Position numbers and translations under genes: made by a program. A stretch of DNA of 64,000 bases from the NCBI GenBank assembly GCA_047495785.1, contig JBLDXI010000031.1, forward strand, positions 1,984,001-2,048,000, written 5' to 3'. The stretch is from Lepidodermella squamata. Taxonomy: Eukaryota > Animalia > Gastrotricha. How positions within the stretch are numbered: position 1 is the first letter of the stretch; each line of letters begins with the position of its first letter. A model generated the notes under the pieces. That model searched no databases and was not told where the DNA came from. It was given only the letters and a program-made list of their open reading frames with translations. Shown one piece after another: positions 61,801 through 64,000 of the stretch.

Positions 61801-64000
61801 TAGCGGCAGCAAGCGCAAACACGTTTGCAGCCGATACGCGCATATTTCGGATGACCGATATTTCGCTGCCAGCCATAACAGGCTGAAACCGCTGTTTTCG
61901 CCACTTGCCCGTGTCGCCGCGGTTCGGCATCGTGCCCAACCAGTGCAAATCACTCATGTTCGTGTGTCATTCGTTTGTGGCAGCAACGCCATGCACGTTT
62001 GCAGGCGATTCGGGCACATCTCAGGTGACGCCTATTTCGCTGCAAGCCGCAGAAGGCTGGAATCGTTGTGTTCAGCCCTTGTACGTACCGCAGCTATGCG
62101 GAAACGGACTGAAACCAGGTAAACCATGCACATTCGCGCTTCATTCGATAGCGGCAGCAAGCGCAAACACGTTTGCAGCCGATACGCGCATATTCCGGAT
62201 GACCGATATTTCGCTGCCAGCCATAACAGGCTGAAACCGCTGTTTTCGCCACTTGCCCGTGTCGCCGCGGTTCGGCATCGTGCCCAACCAGTGCAAATCA
62301 CTCATGTTCGTGTGTCATTCGTTTGTGGCAGCAACGCCATGCACGTTTGCAGGCGATTCGGGCACATCTCAGGTGACGCCTATTTCGCTGCAAGCCGCAG
62401 AAGGCTGGAATCGTTGTGTTCAGCTCTTGTACGTACCGCAGCTATGCGGAAACGGGCTGAAACCAGGTAAACCATGCACATTCGCGCTTCATTCGATAGC
62501 GGCAGCAAGCGCAAACACGTTTGCAGCCGATACGCGCATATTCCGGATGACCGATATTTCGCTGCCAGCCATAACAGGCTGAAACCGCTGTTTTCGCCAC
62601 TTGCCCGTGTCGCCGCGGTTCGGCATCGTGCCCAACCAGTGCAAATCACTCATGTTCGTGTGTCATTCGTTTGTGGCAGCAACGCCATGCACGTTTGCAG
62701 GCGATTCGGGCACATCTCAGGTGACGCCTATTTCGCTGCAAGCCGCAGAAGGCTGGAATCGTTGTGTTCAGCTCTTGTACGTACCGCAGCTATGCGGAAA
62801 CGGGCTGAAACCAGGTAAACCATGCACATTCGCGCTTCTTTCGATAGCGGCAGCAAGCGCAAACACGTTTGCAGCCGATACGCGCATATTTCGGGTGACC
62901 GATATTTCGCTGCCAGCCATAACAGGCTGAAACCGCTGTTTTCGCCACTTGCCCGTGTCGCCGCGGTTCGGCATCGTGCCCAACCAGTGCAAATCACTCA
63001 TGTTCGTGTGTCATTCGTTTGTGGCAGCAACGCCATGCACGTTTGCAGGCGATTCGGGCACATCTCAGGTGACGCCAATTTCGCTGCAAGCCGCAGAAGG
63101 CTGGAATCGTTGTGCTCAGCTCTTGTACGTACCGCAGCTATGCGGAAACGGGCTGAAACCAGGTTAACCATGCACATTCGCGCTTCATTCGATAGCGGCA
63201 GCAAGCGCAAACACGTTTGCAGCCGATACGCGCATATTTCGGATGACCGATATTTCGCTGCCAGCCATAACAGGCTGAAACCGCTGTTTTCGCCACTTGC
63301 CCGTGTCGCCGCGGTTCGGCATCGTGCCGAACCAGTGCAAATCACTCATGTTCGTGTGTCATTCGTTTGTGGCAGCAACGCCATGCACGTTTGCAGGCGA
63401 TTCGGGCACATCTCAGGTGACGCCTATTTCGCTGCAAGCCGCAGAAGGCTGGAATCGTTGTGTTCAGCTCTTGTACGTACCGCAGCTATGCGGAAACGGG
63501 CTGAAACCAGGTAAACCATGCACATTCGCGCTTCTTTCGATAGCGGCAGCAAGCGCAAACACGTTTGCAGCCGATACGCGCATATTTCGGGTGACCGATA
63601 TTTCGCTGCCAGCCATAACAGGCTGAAACCGCTGTTTTCGCCACTTGCCCGTGTCGCCGCGGTTCGGCATCGTGCCCAACCAGTGCTAATCACTCATGTT
63701 CGTGTGTCATTCGTTTGTGGCAGCAACGCCATGCACGTTTGCAGGCGATTCGGGCACATCTCAGGTGACGCCTATTTCGCTGCAAGCCGCAGAAGGCTGG
63801 AATCGTTGTGTTCAGCTCTTGTACGTACCGCAGCTATGCGGAAACGGGCTGAAACCAGGTAAACCATGCACATTCGCGCTTCTTTCGATAGCGGCAGCAA
63901 GCGCAAACACGTTTGCAGCCGATACGCGCATATTTCGGGTGACCGATATTTCGCTGCCAGCCATAACAGGCTGAAACCGCTGTTTTCGCCACTTGCCCGT

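Larger units (their letters stand above)
17666..64000. repeat. 348-bp satellite array, right block (~133 units, runs off the window end)
   Basis: Continuous head-to-tail 348-bp units in one orientation. Differences are only SNVs, six 1-bp indels and one 19-bp replacement. Confidence 0.99.

Noticed and set aside
60734-62122. Long 230-462 aa repeat ORFs
   Set aside because: They arise from a single A>T variant (GGTAAAC>GGTTAAC) that removes the only stop in that frame in consecutive units. No evidence of coding selection.
3777-63974. Hundreds of repeated 89-115 aa ORFs on both strands as a tandem gene family
   Set aside because: They overlap in several frames and show no recognisable domain. 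Variants create and destroy starts and stops freely. They recur only because 348 is divisible by 3.
3726-64000. CRISPR array or repeat-spacer system
   Set aside because: There are no unique spacers: whole 348-bp units repeat. The context is eukaryotic and no cas genes are present.

Overview
Eukaryotic (probably invertebrate animal) DNA at the edge of a large satellite array. Positions 1-3652 are a tRNA gene cluster: the 3' part of Leu, intact Val-AAC, Ser-GCT and Glu-TTC, a Pro-like 3' remnant and a degenerate Thr-AGT. A 2.9-kb non-autonomous CACTA/EnSpm-like DNA transposon (99-2995; CACTG...CAGTG termini, 2-bp TSD GA) splits the cluster. From about 3691 to the end of the window runs a ~55% GC tandem satellite of about 161 near-identical 348-bp units. 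Each unit is a dimer of two 174-bp halves (~67% identical without gaps, counted by hand). Variants cluster into domains along the array, with local 3-mer and 5-mer higher-order repeats. The array is interrupted once, at 13478-17665, by a Sola1-like DDD transposon (ATAT TSD, 16-bp TIRs). Its transposase is broken by two frameshifts and a nested ~375-bp retroposon-like insert. The hundreds of repeated ORFs in the track are satellite artefacts, and I found no intact host protein-coding gene. I see no evidence for a new enzymatic system. The most interesting items are architectural: a candidate centromeric nucleosome-sized dimeric satellite with tRNA genes at its border, a microhomology-stitched array edge, and a length-neutral templated repair scar.
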